Shown here: positions 55,846 through 63,986 of the stretch, one piece after another
Layout of the letters: every line of letters starts with the position of its first letter
How positions within the stretch are numbered: the stretch's first letter is position 1
Source: an uncultured Candidatus Saccharibacteria bacterium
GTDB taxonomy: Bacteria; Patescibacteriota; Saccharimonadia; Saccharimonadales; CAYUUR01
NCBI GenBank assembly: GCA_964448075.1
Contig: CAYUUR010000004.1
Coordinates: 4,419-68,418, forward strand
Reading direction: 5' to 3'
Length of the DNA: 64,000 nt
Program-made: the position numbers and the translations under genes
The notes under the pieces: generated by a model
What the model was told of the DNA's origin: nothing
Database searches by the model: none
The model's input: the letters and a program-made list of their open reading frames with translations, nothing else

Positions 55846-55866
55846 AGCGTGGTCCATCGACACTGT

Positions 55867-55941
55867 GCGGGTGTTGTATAGTGGCTAATATGCTAGCCTT
55901 CCAAGCTGGAGACGAGAGTTCGATTCTCTCCACCCGCACCA
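55867..55941 (+). tRNA. tRNA-Gly (anticodon TCC), CCA encoded
   Basis: Acceptor GCGGGTG/CACCCGC, anticodon stem CTAGC/GCTGG with loop CTTCCAA (TCC at 55900-55902), T arm GAGAG-TTCGATT-CTCTC, discriminator A, CCA. Confidence 0.93.
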
Positions 55942-55984
55942 ATCCTTTGTTCTCCTTGCGCGAGAGTAAAGGATTGGTTTTTTA
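55939..55984. terminator. CCA-anchored hairpin shared with the convergent gene (CCAATCCTTT...AAAGGATTGG + T tract)
   Basis: A 10-bp outer stem, an inner short stem, then TTTTTT. The stop of the minus-strand gene (55982-55984) lies in the T tract, so the hairpin may act in both directions. Confidence 0.55.
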
Positions 55985-57313
55985 GTCGGTAGTGACGCCA
56001 AAGATCGTGGTGTTGTTGTCGCCCTGGAGGATGGTCACTGATTTCTTGGTGGCAACGTCATAATTAGCCATGGTGAAATCATCGGCTTCACCAGTTCTCG
56101 AAATGACGTATTTGTCGCTAATGTAGTCAACATGTTCTATGAGATCTGCGGATTCGTAAAAAAGCAGCCCTTCGTTTTCTTTCACCAGGAAGAGTTGTTT
56201 GTCGGCGGTGTAGTATGGCGTATTGGTGCCAGCCGTGAAGCCAGTCAGCGTGGTCCTGCTTAGAAGTGTGCCGTTGGCATTTTTCTCGCCAGCATTGCCG
56301 ATCCGTGCAATTTCGGTCGGTTTGTCTGTGCCGCCTAACTTCATGAGGTTCACGACATACGGTGGCAACAAGCTTGCGCCTATACCATCGGGATTAGCTG
56401 GGTAAACACCAGTCATGTAAATCATCAGTGAAGTATCGCTTGAAACGGAAATACTCGCAAGTTCGTTAGCCTGGACGTCTTCTAGTAACGCAGTCCGTTT
56501 GGTGCTTTTGGTATCAAAGCTATAGGTGTTTTCTGGTCCGCCGTCACAGTTGTAGCAACCTGTTTGGTAGACCATGCGCTCTGCTTTACTCGACCAGCCT
56601 AGGATGAATGCTCCTGCAGTCTCTGCAGTGAAGAGTGTCTTAGCGTTCTGGCCTGACATATCAATGGTACGCACTTGGTTCTTATCCTTAGTACTTTTTA
56701 GGTAACCAAAGGCCAGTCCCGTATTATCGGCGTCGAGTTTGAGGCTGGTAATCTGTGAACCTGCTTCTCCTTCAAACACTTTCTTGTAGGTTTCTCCGTT
56801 GTCAGTACTGGTGTATATAACGTTATCGTCTACGAATGCTACATTTGGGCCAAAGGTGTCAGCGGCTGTCAGTGCGCTGTCGCGGGTAAGTTTTTGGATC
56901 TCTTTTCGTTCGCCTCCAGCGGCAGGTCGCGTAAATAGCGCAACGGGGTCGGAAGCGACAGCACGGTATGCATAGGCAACGCTGTTTGGCTCGTAAGTAA
57001 GTGTGGCCGGCTTTGTTTCGGCTGGCTGGACGGTTGCTGCGGGTGTCTCTTCTGGACGGTCCTGAGTGAGTAGGTAGCCTACAACTCCTGCGCCGGCCAG
57101 CAGCGCCACCAATATAATCACGGCAATGATAGGCTTCTTTTTTGATTTCTTGGGTGCTACTACAGGGTTTGGAGCAGCCTCTGGTGACGATTCCATTTCC
57201 ATGTGCTGACCAGCTGATTGAAACAGCTCGTCCTCTGTCTTTATTGGTGGGGTTGGTGCGGGCGGTGTGCTTGGTTGTTCGTTTGTGCTAGGAGTTTGCG
57301 GTTCTTGATCCAT
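55982..57313 (-). CDS. hypothetical N-terminally anchored extracytoplasmic protein
   Basis: 443 aa. Pro/Thr-rich N-terminus, KKSKKK, a TM helix (IIAVIILVALLAGAGVVGYLL), then ~360 aa of beta-rich sequence. Same layout as 13686..15005. Confidence 0.65.
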   Translation of the reverse strand: MDQEPQTPSTNEQPSTPPAPTPPIKTEDELFQSAGQHMEMESSPEAAPNPVVAPKKSKKKPIIAVIILVALLAGAGVVGYLLTQDRPEETPAATVQPAETKPATLTYEPNSVAYAYRAVASDPVALFTRPAAGGERKEIQKLTRDSALTAADTFGPNVAFVDDNVIYTSTDNGETYKKVFEGEAGSQITSLKLDADNTGLAFGYLKSTKDKNQVRTIDMSGQNAKTLFTAETAGAFILGWSSKAERMVYQTGCYNCDGGPENTYSFDTKSTKRTALLEDVQANELASISVSSDTSLMIYMTGVYPANPDGIGASLLPPYVVNLMKLGGTDKPTEIARIGNAGEKNANGTLLSRTTLTGFTAGTNTPYYTADKQLFLVKENEGLLFYESADLIEHVDYISDKYVISRTGEADDFTMANYDVATKKSVTILQGDNNTTIFGVTTD

Positions 57314-57363
57314 ACTAATTGGTTTCCGTTTATGCTTAGTAGTATAGGAATATAACCTCTGTT

Positions 57364-57393
57364 TTGCAAGAATAGCACCAGTGAAGGTATAAT
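57364..57393 (+). promoter_or_regulatory. candidate promoter TTGCAA-18-TATAAT for tRNA-Arg
   Basis: TTGCAA at 57364-57369, TATAAT at 57388-57393, 20 nt before the tRNA 5' end. Confidence 0.5.
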
Positions 57394-57413
57394 ATGCCAG
57401 TTAGTCAAGGTAC

Positions 57414-57490
57414 GCCCCGGTAGCTCAGCTGGATAGAGCAAGTGGGTTCTAACCATTAGGTCGGGGGTTCGAATCCCTCCCGGGGTACCA
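57414..57490 (+). tRNA. tRNA-Arg (anticodon TCT), CCA encoded
   Basis: Acceptor GCCCCGG/CCGGGGT (G1-U72), D arm GCTC..GAGC, anticodon stem AGTGG/CCATT with loop GTTCTAA (TCT at 57448-57450), T arm GGGGG-TTCGAAT-CCCTC, discriminator A, CCA. Confidence 0.93.
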
Positions 57491-57528
57491 AGCAAAACGT
57501 CCATGCCCTGCATGGGCTTTTTGTTTGG
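57488..57528 (+). terminator. CCA-anchored hairpin (CCAAGCAAAA...TTTTTGTTTGG)
   Basis: Inner stem GTCCATGC-CCT-GCATGGGC has one U-G pair. T-rich 3' arm. Confidence 0.6.
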
Positions 57529-57720
57529 TCCTACCATGATTCAAACACTCGACGCCAAGGGTCGGGGTGAAAACTGCCCGGTGGCAGTTTGCAAGAGAAT
57601 CTTCACCTGACAACTTGTTGTCATGGCAGAAGTTCTGGGCCTGCTGAAAGTAGGTCGAATCCCTGTCCGCCCTGTCTGGCAGACAGGCGGGCCTCCCTGG
57701 GTAGCATGTCGCTAATGCCT
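57529..57720 (+). ncRNA. candidate structured RNA containing a scrambled copy of the tRNA-Arg T-arm/acceptor 3' part
   Basis: No ORF on either strand is credible. Hairpins: AAACTGCC-CGGT-GGCAGTTT (57571-57590), TGACAA-CTTG-TTGTCA (57609-57624), and an 11-bp bulged stem (57665-57691). TAGGTCG+AATCCCT (57651-57664) and CCTCCCTGGGTAGCA (57692-57706) copy tRNA-Arg. Bounded by terminators on both sides. Confidence 0.3.
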
Positions 57721-57752
57721 AAAAAGACTTCAATAAGAAGTCTTTTTATTTT
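57721..57752 (+). terminator. rho-independent terminator
   Basis: AAAAAGACTTC-AATAA-GAAGTCTTTTT followed by ATTTT, 15 nt before the next ATG. Confidence 0.65.
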
Positions 57753-57766
57753 GCTATAGTTATGCC

Positions 57767-58690
57767 ATGAAGATTGATGCCGAAAAACAGTTTCAGCCAA
57801 CTCAGCAGTCTGTTGCATACATACTGGCCTCCTATGACTTGTCACTAATTAGCTTTGAGCCTGCACAAACTGGCATTGAAAACTGCACGTTGTTCGTGAC
57901 GACAAACAAAGGCGACTTTGTTCTCCGGGTGTATCGGCAGTCTAAAAAGACGAGTGACGAGATTGCACTTGAACTGGATTTTATCCGCTATCTTGATGAG
58001 AACGGTATACCAGTAGCAGCAGCAATTGCCAGTGTAAAAGGAGAGTATGTCATAGCTCACCAAGGTTGGCAGTCAATACTGATGCGCAAAGTAGCGGGTA
58101 AACACGCGCATTCATACGATGGTGAACTTGTTAGGAATCTTTCTGTTCTGCAGGCAAAGATGCACATGCTTTCACAAGAATATAAGAGCACTTTTCCTAT
58201 TTTACAGCCCTTAAGCATCCTAGAAGACACAATATTTATCCCAAAAGTCGATACATCCAAAATTAACAGTGAAGCACACCTACTCTTGAAGCGCGCACTA
58301 GATTATACAGTGTCACTTCCAGTCGGGTTGCCAACCGGTCTGTGTCACCTTGATTATGATGCAGACAATGTTCTGTTTGATGAGGCACAGCAGATAGCCG
58401 CCGTGCTTGATTTTGATGACCTCGCGCTTGCTCCGTTTGTTGTGTGTCTCAGCTACACGTTATGGGACGTTATGTCTCAAGAAGACACGCAGTTAGTCAA
58501 AGACTACATCACTTCATATGCTACAGTCCGAAACCTGACCAATCAGGAGCTAGAATTAATCCCAAAGATCATGCTTTTTAGACACTACATGATTGCCGGA
58601 CTTGTTATGCTTGATGGCGATATGGATGCTGAGACTACTGCAAAGTACATTCGTGTTGAACAGGTAATCATGAGCTGGCAATTAAGCTAA
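57767..58690 (+). CDS. phosphotransferase-family kinase (APH / homoserine kinase II / choline kinase-like)
   Basis: 307 aa with Brenner motif LCHLDYDADNVLF and LDFDDLA. Substrate unknown. Confidence 0.75.
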   Translation: MKIDAEKQFQPTQQSVAYILASYDLSLISFEPAQTGIENCTLFVTTNKGDFVLRVYRQSKKTSDEIALELDFIRYLDENGIPVAAAIASVKGEYVIAHQGWQSILMRKVAGKHAHSYDGELVRNLSVLQAKMHMLSQEYKSTFPILQPLSILEDTIFIPKVDTSKINSEAHLLLKRALDYTVSLPVGLPTGLCHLDYDADNVLFDEAQQIAAVLDFDDLALAPFVVCLSYTLWDVMSQEDTQLVKDYITSYATVRNLTNQELELIPKIMLFRHYMIAGLVMLDGDMDAETTAKYIRVEQVIMSWQLS

Positions 58691-58770
58691 TAGCTATGTC
58701 CTCTGCGATAATATTGGATTGTATAGCTCGTACGCTTGCCTTGAGGGCGCATTTGCTGAATACTTGAATC

Positions 58771-59277
58771 ATGCAGCGGCCAGCACAATTTCGAGACCCA
58801 CAATTAGACACTTCCGGTAATATAATTGGGTTCTATCCGCGTGAGTTTTATGTCTTTGATAACTTCTCGTCCTTCCAGGTTGACTATAGGGGACGACGCT
58901 GGCCAACATCAGAACATGCCTATCAGGCGTCGCACTTCTTTGAGACCGCTCCAGAACTGGTAGAAGCAATCTTTGAGGCGCGTTCGGCCCACGACGCGTA
59001 TAAGATCGCAAAAGCCAATGGGGACAAGGCGCCAAAAAATTGGGAAGAGGTAAAGGTCGGCGTCATGTATGAGATCTGTAAGCTCAAGCTAACTCAAAAC
59101 CCATACGTACTAGAAAAGTTATCATTGAGTGGCGATCTTAATATCATCGAGGATTCTCCAAAAGATGACTTCTGGGGATGGGGGCCAAACCGTGATGGCC
59201 GTAATGAGCTTGGCAAAATCTGGATGAAGCTACGCGATGAGCTTCGCTCTGGTAAAATTACATCACAAAAATCGTAA
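58771..59277 (+). CDS. NADAR (YbiA/DUF1768) family protein
   Basis: 168 aa with FDNFSSFQVDYRGRRWPTSEHAYQASHF and the DFWGWG.. pattern. Confidence 0.8.
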   Translation: MQRPAQFRDPQLDTSGNIIGFYPREFYVFDNFSSFQVDYRGRRWPTSEHAYQASHFFETAPELVEAIFEARSAHDAYKIAKANGDKAPKNWEEVKVGVMYEICKLKLTQNPYVLEKLSLSGDLNIIEDSPKDDFWGWGPNRDGRNELGKIWMKLRDELRSGKITSQKS

Positions 59278-59373
59278 ATTATACACAATTCTTTATCTCT
59301 GTATTACCCTTTACTTAACAGATATACATAAGTAGTATAAGTACATGGCTTTTGGAGGGGCAGTTTTTTTATA

Positions 59374-62300
59374 ATGACGGATGCAGTTAAGGTTAATAAG
59401 AGACGGCTATGGCAGGTCCTATTCACCGTTTTCTCTATAGCTTTGCTTGCCGTGATACTCAGGCCAATTATGACCGAGGCTGCAGCATATACCTGGGATG
59501 GCGGTGGCGCCGACAATAACTGGAGTACCTGTGCTAACTGGACTACAGATTTTTGTCCTGGTGCCAGCGATACGGCAACCTTTAATGGCACATCAACGAA
59601 AGATGTTACTATCGATGGCGGATTTGGTGGAACAGTAACCTCGATAACTATTGCGTCTGGTTACACGGGGACTATAACAATGGCGCGCTCACTAACCGTA
59701 AGTACGTCATTCTCTCAGGCCACCGGCACATTTACGGCAGCAAACCAATCGTTCGATATGAATGGCACTTTCACACTTTCTGGTGGGATCTTCACAGCAT
59801 CGAGCGGTAGCACAACTCTGGCTGGAGCGATGACCGTTTCCGGCAGTCCTACTTTTAATGCAAATAGCGGTACCTGGACGTTTGATGGCACAACGACAGC
59901 AACCTTATCTTGCAATAACATAACGTTTAACCTGGTCACGTTCAATCACGATACAAACGCCGGTAAAACAGTTAGTTCGAACTGTACTTTGCCGCTTGGC
60001 AATAACCCTTCAACCGGAGCATCAACTACTCAGGATTTGACGATCAATGGGACGTTGACAGGGACTGGCACATTAACAATAGGTGCGAAAAACAGCGCCA
60101 ACCTTTTGACTCTCAACAGCGGCGGTTCTCTATCTGGGTTTACCGGGCTGGATGCGGGGTCGGTAACCATAGCGGGTACTTATGATTTCAGTACTTACAC
60201 TACGCTCTTTGCAGTAAGTTCGCCGTATAGTCAAACTTCCGGAACGGTTACACTGCCAAATGGTGCGGACTTCAATAATACGTTCACGGTTAGTAGTGGC
60301 GCTACGCTCAACGCCTCATCGGGCATCACGAACTTTGCAGGTAATTTCACTTTGGACGCGGGGTCGATATTTAATCACAATAATGGCACCCTTGACTTTG
60401 ACGGGGCGAATGCGGGGCTCTTGACGTGCAATGGAGCGAGTATCTATAACGCCACCTTTACGCATACGTCCAACTTCACCAAAACCATCGGCACCACTTG
60501 TACGGTTCCCCTAGGCAACAACCCTACCATAGGCAGTGACGGTACGGCCGATGTTACGGTGAACGGTACGTTGTCTGGTACTGGTACTCTTTCTCATGGG
60601 ACAAAAGCATCTGGTAATCTACTGACTCTTAGCTCCACTGGAGCTTTATCAGGCTTTAGTGGTCTTGGGCCTGGCTCGCTAACTGTCACTGGAGGAACTT
60701 ATGACTTTGGGGCTTACAGCGCTTTAGTGTTCCCCGGGGCTTACAGTCAAACAGCCGGCACGGTTACGATACCTAGCGGCTCTGATTTTAATAGTACATT
60801 CAGTGTGAGTAGCGGAGCTACATTTAACGCTCCGTCTGGTACGGCAACTTTTGCCAGTACGTTTACACTAGCAGCCGGCTCTATTTTTAACGCAAACTCT
60901 GGAACAATTACTTTTGATGGCGCGGTCACGGCTACTATTACCTGCAATAGCGCCGTCTTTAACCTAGTGACTTTTGCTCACAGCAGTAACTTTACCAAGA
61001 CTGTCAGTTCCGGTTGCACATTGCCTTTGGGCAATAATCCAACAGTAGGAAGTGGAAGTTTCCCAGATATTATTGTAGGAGGTACTCTGTCAGGAACTGG
61101 GACATTGACCATTGGCGGAAAGGCAGCACAGAATACACTTATCATAAATAGTGGTGGTTCACTATCAGGTTTTAGCGCACTAGATGCCGGAACTGTTAGT
61201 TTGGCAGCAGGAACCCATAACTTCGGCAGTCTTACTACTTTCGCGACTAGGGCTGATTTCTCGCTCGTGAGCGGAGTTATTTTTACGGCACCAAGTGGAA
61301 CCTTGTCATTGTATGAAGACTTTACTGTAAATGCTGGCGCAACATTCAACGCGAACGGAGGCACAGTTGTTTTCACGGATCCCGGCTATAACTCAGCAAT
61401 AATTAACTGTAACAACGTCACTTTTAATTTGGTGGTATTTGACAACTCACAACCGAGAACTTTCAACAATTGCGCTATGCAAATAGCAGACTCGACAGTT
61501 GACGTAAGTTCTACGCAGATTGTCTTAGGTACGAACTCTTCTATTACTGGGGGTGGCAATACGTATCTTCACGGTATGAGATTAACCATAAACCAAGGCT
61601 CTTCAATTTCGGGCTTTTCTGAGTTACTGATTGCTGAAATAGAACTTAAAGATAATGCTAGTTTGGATATTTCCGCTATGGACTATGTATACATAACAAA
61701 TAACTTAACCATGAGGACTGGTAGTAGTCTAACTCAAGGGACCGCTGAGTTAGAGATCGGTAGCATCGGGATGTCAGACGGTGGCGCATCGCTCATTGGC
61801 GGCAGTGGCCCGATGCTATTTCACAACGATGTAGACATTGTAGGCTCCGCAGATGTATTAACGCTTACGTCTGGCATGGCAAAATTTGAAGGTAATTTGG
61901 AGCTTGGAGGTGCCACTTCGATCGATGCTAACGGTGGTGTGGTTGAGTTTACGGATGACGGCTTTGGTGGTGCGTACACGGTTGCTTGTAACGGCGCAGT
62001 ATTTAATGAAGTGACATTCACAAGGGATATTGGGACGCTGACCATTGCAGACACATGCGAATTTCTACTCGGTAATAATCCGTCTATTACGGTTGGGCCT
62101 GATTTTCGATTATATGGCCAGCTAACTGGCACTGGCACACTGACGGTTATCGGATCGCTTAGCCCAAGAGGTAGCAGTGTCGATCTCTCTGGGTTTACTG
62201 GTCTACAGACTGATGATTTGTTCATAGGGGTTGCTGGAACGGCTACCAGCCTGAACTTAGGAGCGTTTAACACGGTTGATGTAGATGGTGATTTTTCGGT

Positions 62301-63057
62301 GGCAGCTGATGGTGTGTTCACGGCGACATCAGCAAACATGACCGTTGCCGGAGATTTTAGCGTCGATGACGCCGGCACATTCAATCATAATAACGGAACT
62401 GTTATTCTTGATGGTAGTGATCAGACAATCAACGGCACTACTTTTTATAACCTGAACAAGACTGTCGCAACCGCCGCAACACTCACAATGTCAGCCGGTA
62501 GGACTGTGACAATCCAAGGAACGCTCACGCTTAAAGATGCTTCTGGCCAATTACTCAGTATCGTTTCTTCTGATCCCGGGGTTACTCAGTGGGGGATAAA
62601 TGCAAGTGGTGACACGGAGATTAGGTATGTATCTGTAACTGACAGCAATAATGTCGGATCAGCGATTACGGCATTAGACAGTGAAAATGGCGGCAACAAC
62701 ATCAATTGGTTGTTCGTAGATACGTCTATTGATAGCGATCCCGAAGAAGAGGCTACGCAAACTGATGATAGTACCATCAAAGCAATTACCGATGATGAGG
62801 TAGTCACATATTATGAAGAGAGTACAGATAGTACCAATGACGACGATAAGAGTGATAATGAGACAGACGACTATCGTGACGATGGTTTGTCTGATTTCGG
62901 CGCAGCAACGACTGATCAGATCAAGTCACCAGTTACTACAAGTGAAAACAAACTGCCCGCAATAGTTGTGCGCATCGCGCTTGGCGGACTAGTAGCGCTC
63001 ATCGTTTTTGTTCTAGTGAGGTTGTTTGTTCGTCCAGGTGCCCCGCCATTGGAATAG
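59374..63057 (+). CDS. giant repetitive surface protein with C-terminal membrane anchor
   Basis: 1227 aa. N-terminal signal/anchor (WQVLFTVFSIALLAVIL), YTWDGGGADNNWST start, six modules of ~150-190 aa (each FN[AH]N.GT..F[DT]..., C.N..F..V.F, NCTLPLGNNP, G.L.GTGTL), an Asp/Glu/Thr-rich linker, and a terminal TM helix. No LAxTG. Confidence 0.85.
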   Translation: MTDAVKVNKRRLWQVLFTVFSIALLAVILRPIMTEAAAYTWDGGGADNNWSTCANWTTDFCPGASDTATFNGTSTKDVTIDGGFGGTVTSITIASGYTGTITMARSLTVSTSFSQATGTFTAANQSFDMNGTFTLSGGIFTASSGSTTLAGAMTVSGSPTFNANSGTWTFDGTTTATLSCNNITFNLVTFNHDTNAGKTVSSNCTLPLGNNPSTGASTTQDLTINGTLTGTGTLTIGAKNSANLLTLNSGGSLSGFTGLDAGSVTIAGTYDFSTYTTLFAVSSPYSQTSGTVTLPNGADFNNTFTVSSGATLNASSGITNFAGNFTLDAGSIFNHNNGTLDFDGANAGLLTCNGASIYNATFTHTSNFTKTIGTTCTVPLGNNPTIGSDGTADVTVNGTLSGTGTLSHGTKASGNLLTLSSTGALSGFSGLGPGSLTVTGGTYDFGAYSALVFPGAYSQTAGTVTIPSGSDFNSTFSVSSGATFNAPSGTATFASTFTLAAGSIFNANSGTITFDGAVTATITCNSAVFNLVTFAHSSNFTKTVSSGCTLPLGNNPTVGSGSFPDIIVGGTLSGTGTLTIGGKAAQNTLIINSGGSLSGFSALDAGTVSLAAGTHNFGSLTTFATRADFSLVSGVIFTAPSGTLSLYEDFTVNAGATFNANGGTVVFTDPGYNSAIINCNNVTFNLVVFDNSQPRTFNNCAMQIADSTVDVSSTQIVLGTNSSITGGGNTYLHGMRLTINQGSSISGFSELLIAEIELKDNASLDISAMDYVYITNNLTMRTGSSLTQGTAELEIGSIGMSDGGASLIGGSGPMLFHNDVDIVGSADVLTLTSGMAKFEGNLELGGATSIDANGGVVEFTDDGFGGAYTVACNGAVFNEVTFTRDIGTLTIADTCEFLLGNNPSITVGPDFRLYGQLTGTGTLTVIGSLSPRGSSVDLSGFTGLQTDDLFIGVAGTATSLNLGAFNTVDVDGDFSVAADGVFTATSANMTVAGDFSVDDAGTFNHNNGTVILDGSDQTINGTTFYNLNKTVATAATLTMSAGRTVTIQGTLTLKDASGQLLSIVSSDPGVTQWGINASGDTEIRYVSVTDSNNVGSAITALDSENGGNNINWLFVDTSIDSDPEEEATQTDDSTIKAITDDEVVTYYEESTDSTNDDDKSDNETDDYRDDGLSDFGAATTDQIKSPVTTSENKLPAIVVRIALGGLVALIVFVLVRLFVRPGAPPLE

Positions 63058-63112
63058 CGTTAAATTAGTGATCATTCTTTTGAAGGGGGCTATTTTTTGC
63101 TATGCTTGCTAC

Positions 63113-63652
63113 ATGGTCTACGTCTTTGTCGGTATTGTGTTTACAGTATTTCTTCTGAAGATATATCTTCTCATGAAACATCCCAAGGGTCCTGGCCGGG
63201 CAAACCAAGATGCACATAATTTACAGGCTTTGTCGTCACCCTTGGCAGGTACCTACACGTGTGGTTATAGCAACATCGGGTTTTGCACGCTAATAGTCGA
63301 CACCAACGGTGTGAAGTGTGAACAGGCTGGACAGACCATATTCCAGCTAGCAATTACTGATATTGTCGAGGTAAATACCTCATATTGGGCAATCCAGTTT
63401 GTAACATCTACAGAAAAGTACTCAATTACAAGTTTGCATAAGCCTGAAGCAAATCAGCTCGTCGGCGCAGTAAGTAGAAGCGCAATAGCAACCGAGCCAA
63501 GCACGCTAAAGGAATTTGAGCATATCTTAAGTGCTCATAATGTGAGTTTTAAACGAAAAATCACATTGCAAAAACACATGGTTATTGGCCTAGTTGGCGG
63601 TGTTCTCTCATTGCTTTTTCTCGCATACTTGGTCTTTATGGCGCTTCAGTAA
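63113..63652 (+). CDS. hypothetical protein with N- and C-terminal TM helices
   Basis: 179 aa from ATG 63113 (the listed TTG 63026 overlaps the upstream gene). No motif recognised. Confidence 0.45.
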   Translation: MVYVFVGIVFTVFLLKIYLLMKHPKGPGRANQDAHNLQALSSPLAGTYTCGYSNIGFCTLIVDTNGVKCEQAGQTIFQLAITDIVEVNTSYWAIQFVTSTEKYSITSLHKPEANQLVGAVSRSAIATEPSTLKEFEHILSAHNVSFKRKITLQKHMVIGLVGGVLSLLFLAYLVFMALQ

Positions 63653-63668
63653 TAATAGGTTCGTTGTA

Positions 63669-63697
63669 TTGTAAATAAATCATTCCTGGTATATAAT
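63669..63697 (+). promoter_or_regulatory. candidate promoter TTGTAA-17-TATAAT for tRNA-His
   Basis: TTGTAA at 63669-63674, TATAAT at 63692-63697, 16 nt before the tRNA G-1. Confidence 0.5.
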
Positions 63698-63713
63698 CAC
63701 CTCTGTTATTTAT

Positions 63714-63791
63714 GGCGGGCTTAGCTCAGTTGGTTAGAGCGTCGGGTTGTGGTTCCGAAGGTCGTGGGTTCGATCCCCATAGCTCGCCCCA
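63714..63791 (+). tRNA. tRNA-His (anticodon GTG) with encoded G-1 and CCA
   Basis: G-1 at 63714 opposite discriminator C. Acceptor GCGGGCT/AGCTCGC, anticodon stem TCGGG/TCCGA with loop TTGTGGT (GTG at 63749-63751), T arm GTGGG-TTCGATC-CCCAT, CCA. Confidence 0.93.
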
Positions 63792-63829
63792 TGAAAAGAC
63801 CAGTCCTTCCGGGCTGGTTTTTTCATGGG
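63788..63829 (+). terminator. CCA-anchored hairpin (CCCATGAAAA...TTTTCATGGG)
   Basis: A 10-bp outer stem, plus inner ACCAGTCC-TTCC-GGGCTGGT with one U-G pair, followed by a T tract. Confidence 0.6.
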
Positions 63830-63928
63830 CATGTTTATGTGAGCGAACCTGAGAACGCGAAGCGTGGGTTCGACAAACAAAGGCACGCGCAGAAGCTCGC
63901 TTCGAGCATGTCTGCAGTTTGTATCCAT
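63792..63928 (+). other. 137-nt module between direct repeats of the tRNA-His 3' end
   Basis: Bounded by exact 19-nt repeats (63773-63791 and 63929-63947). Contains a further 11-nt T-arm copy CGTGGGTTCGA (63863-63873) and a GAAG-CTCG-CTTC hairpin (63892-63903). Collinear with the tRNA-Lys module. Confidence 0.5.
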
Positions 63929-63947
63929 ATCCCCATAGCTCGCCCCA
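63929..63947 (+). repeat. exact 19-nt copy of the tRNA-His 3' end (ATCCCCATAGCTCGCCCCA)
   Basis: Identical to 63773-63791 (from T-loop A58 through CCA). Confidence 0.9.
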
Positions 63948-63986
63948 AATAAAAATGATCCCAGTTGGGGTCATTTTTATTTGGGG
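63943..63986 (+). terminator. second CCA-anchored hairpin (CCCCAAATAAAAA...TTTTTATTTGGGG)
   Basis: Same design as 63788-63829. Inner stem TGATCCCA-GT-TGGGGTCA has one U-G pair. Confidence 0.55.

Noticed and set aside
57640-57706. tmRNA: the minus strand reads GGGCGGACAGGGATTCGACC, like a tmRNA 5' end
   Set aside because: The match is just the reverse complement of a T-arm-like GGTCGAATCCC. There is no tRNA-Ala-like 3' end with CCA, no plausible tag reading frame ending in hydrophobic residues, and the region is too short (~190 nt).
63726-63974. ORFs of 64-82 aa overlapping tRNA-His and its downstream module on both strands
   Set aside because: They are built from tRNA and hairpin sequence, have no start context, and the region is better explained as RNA features.
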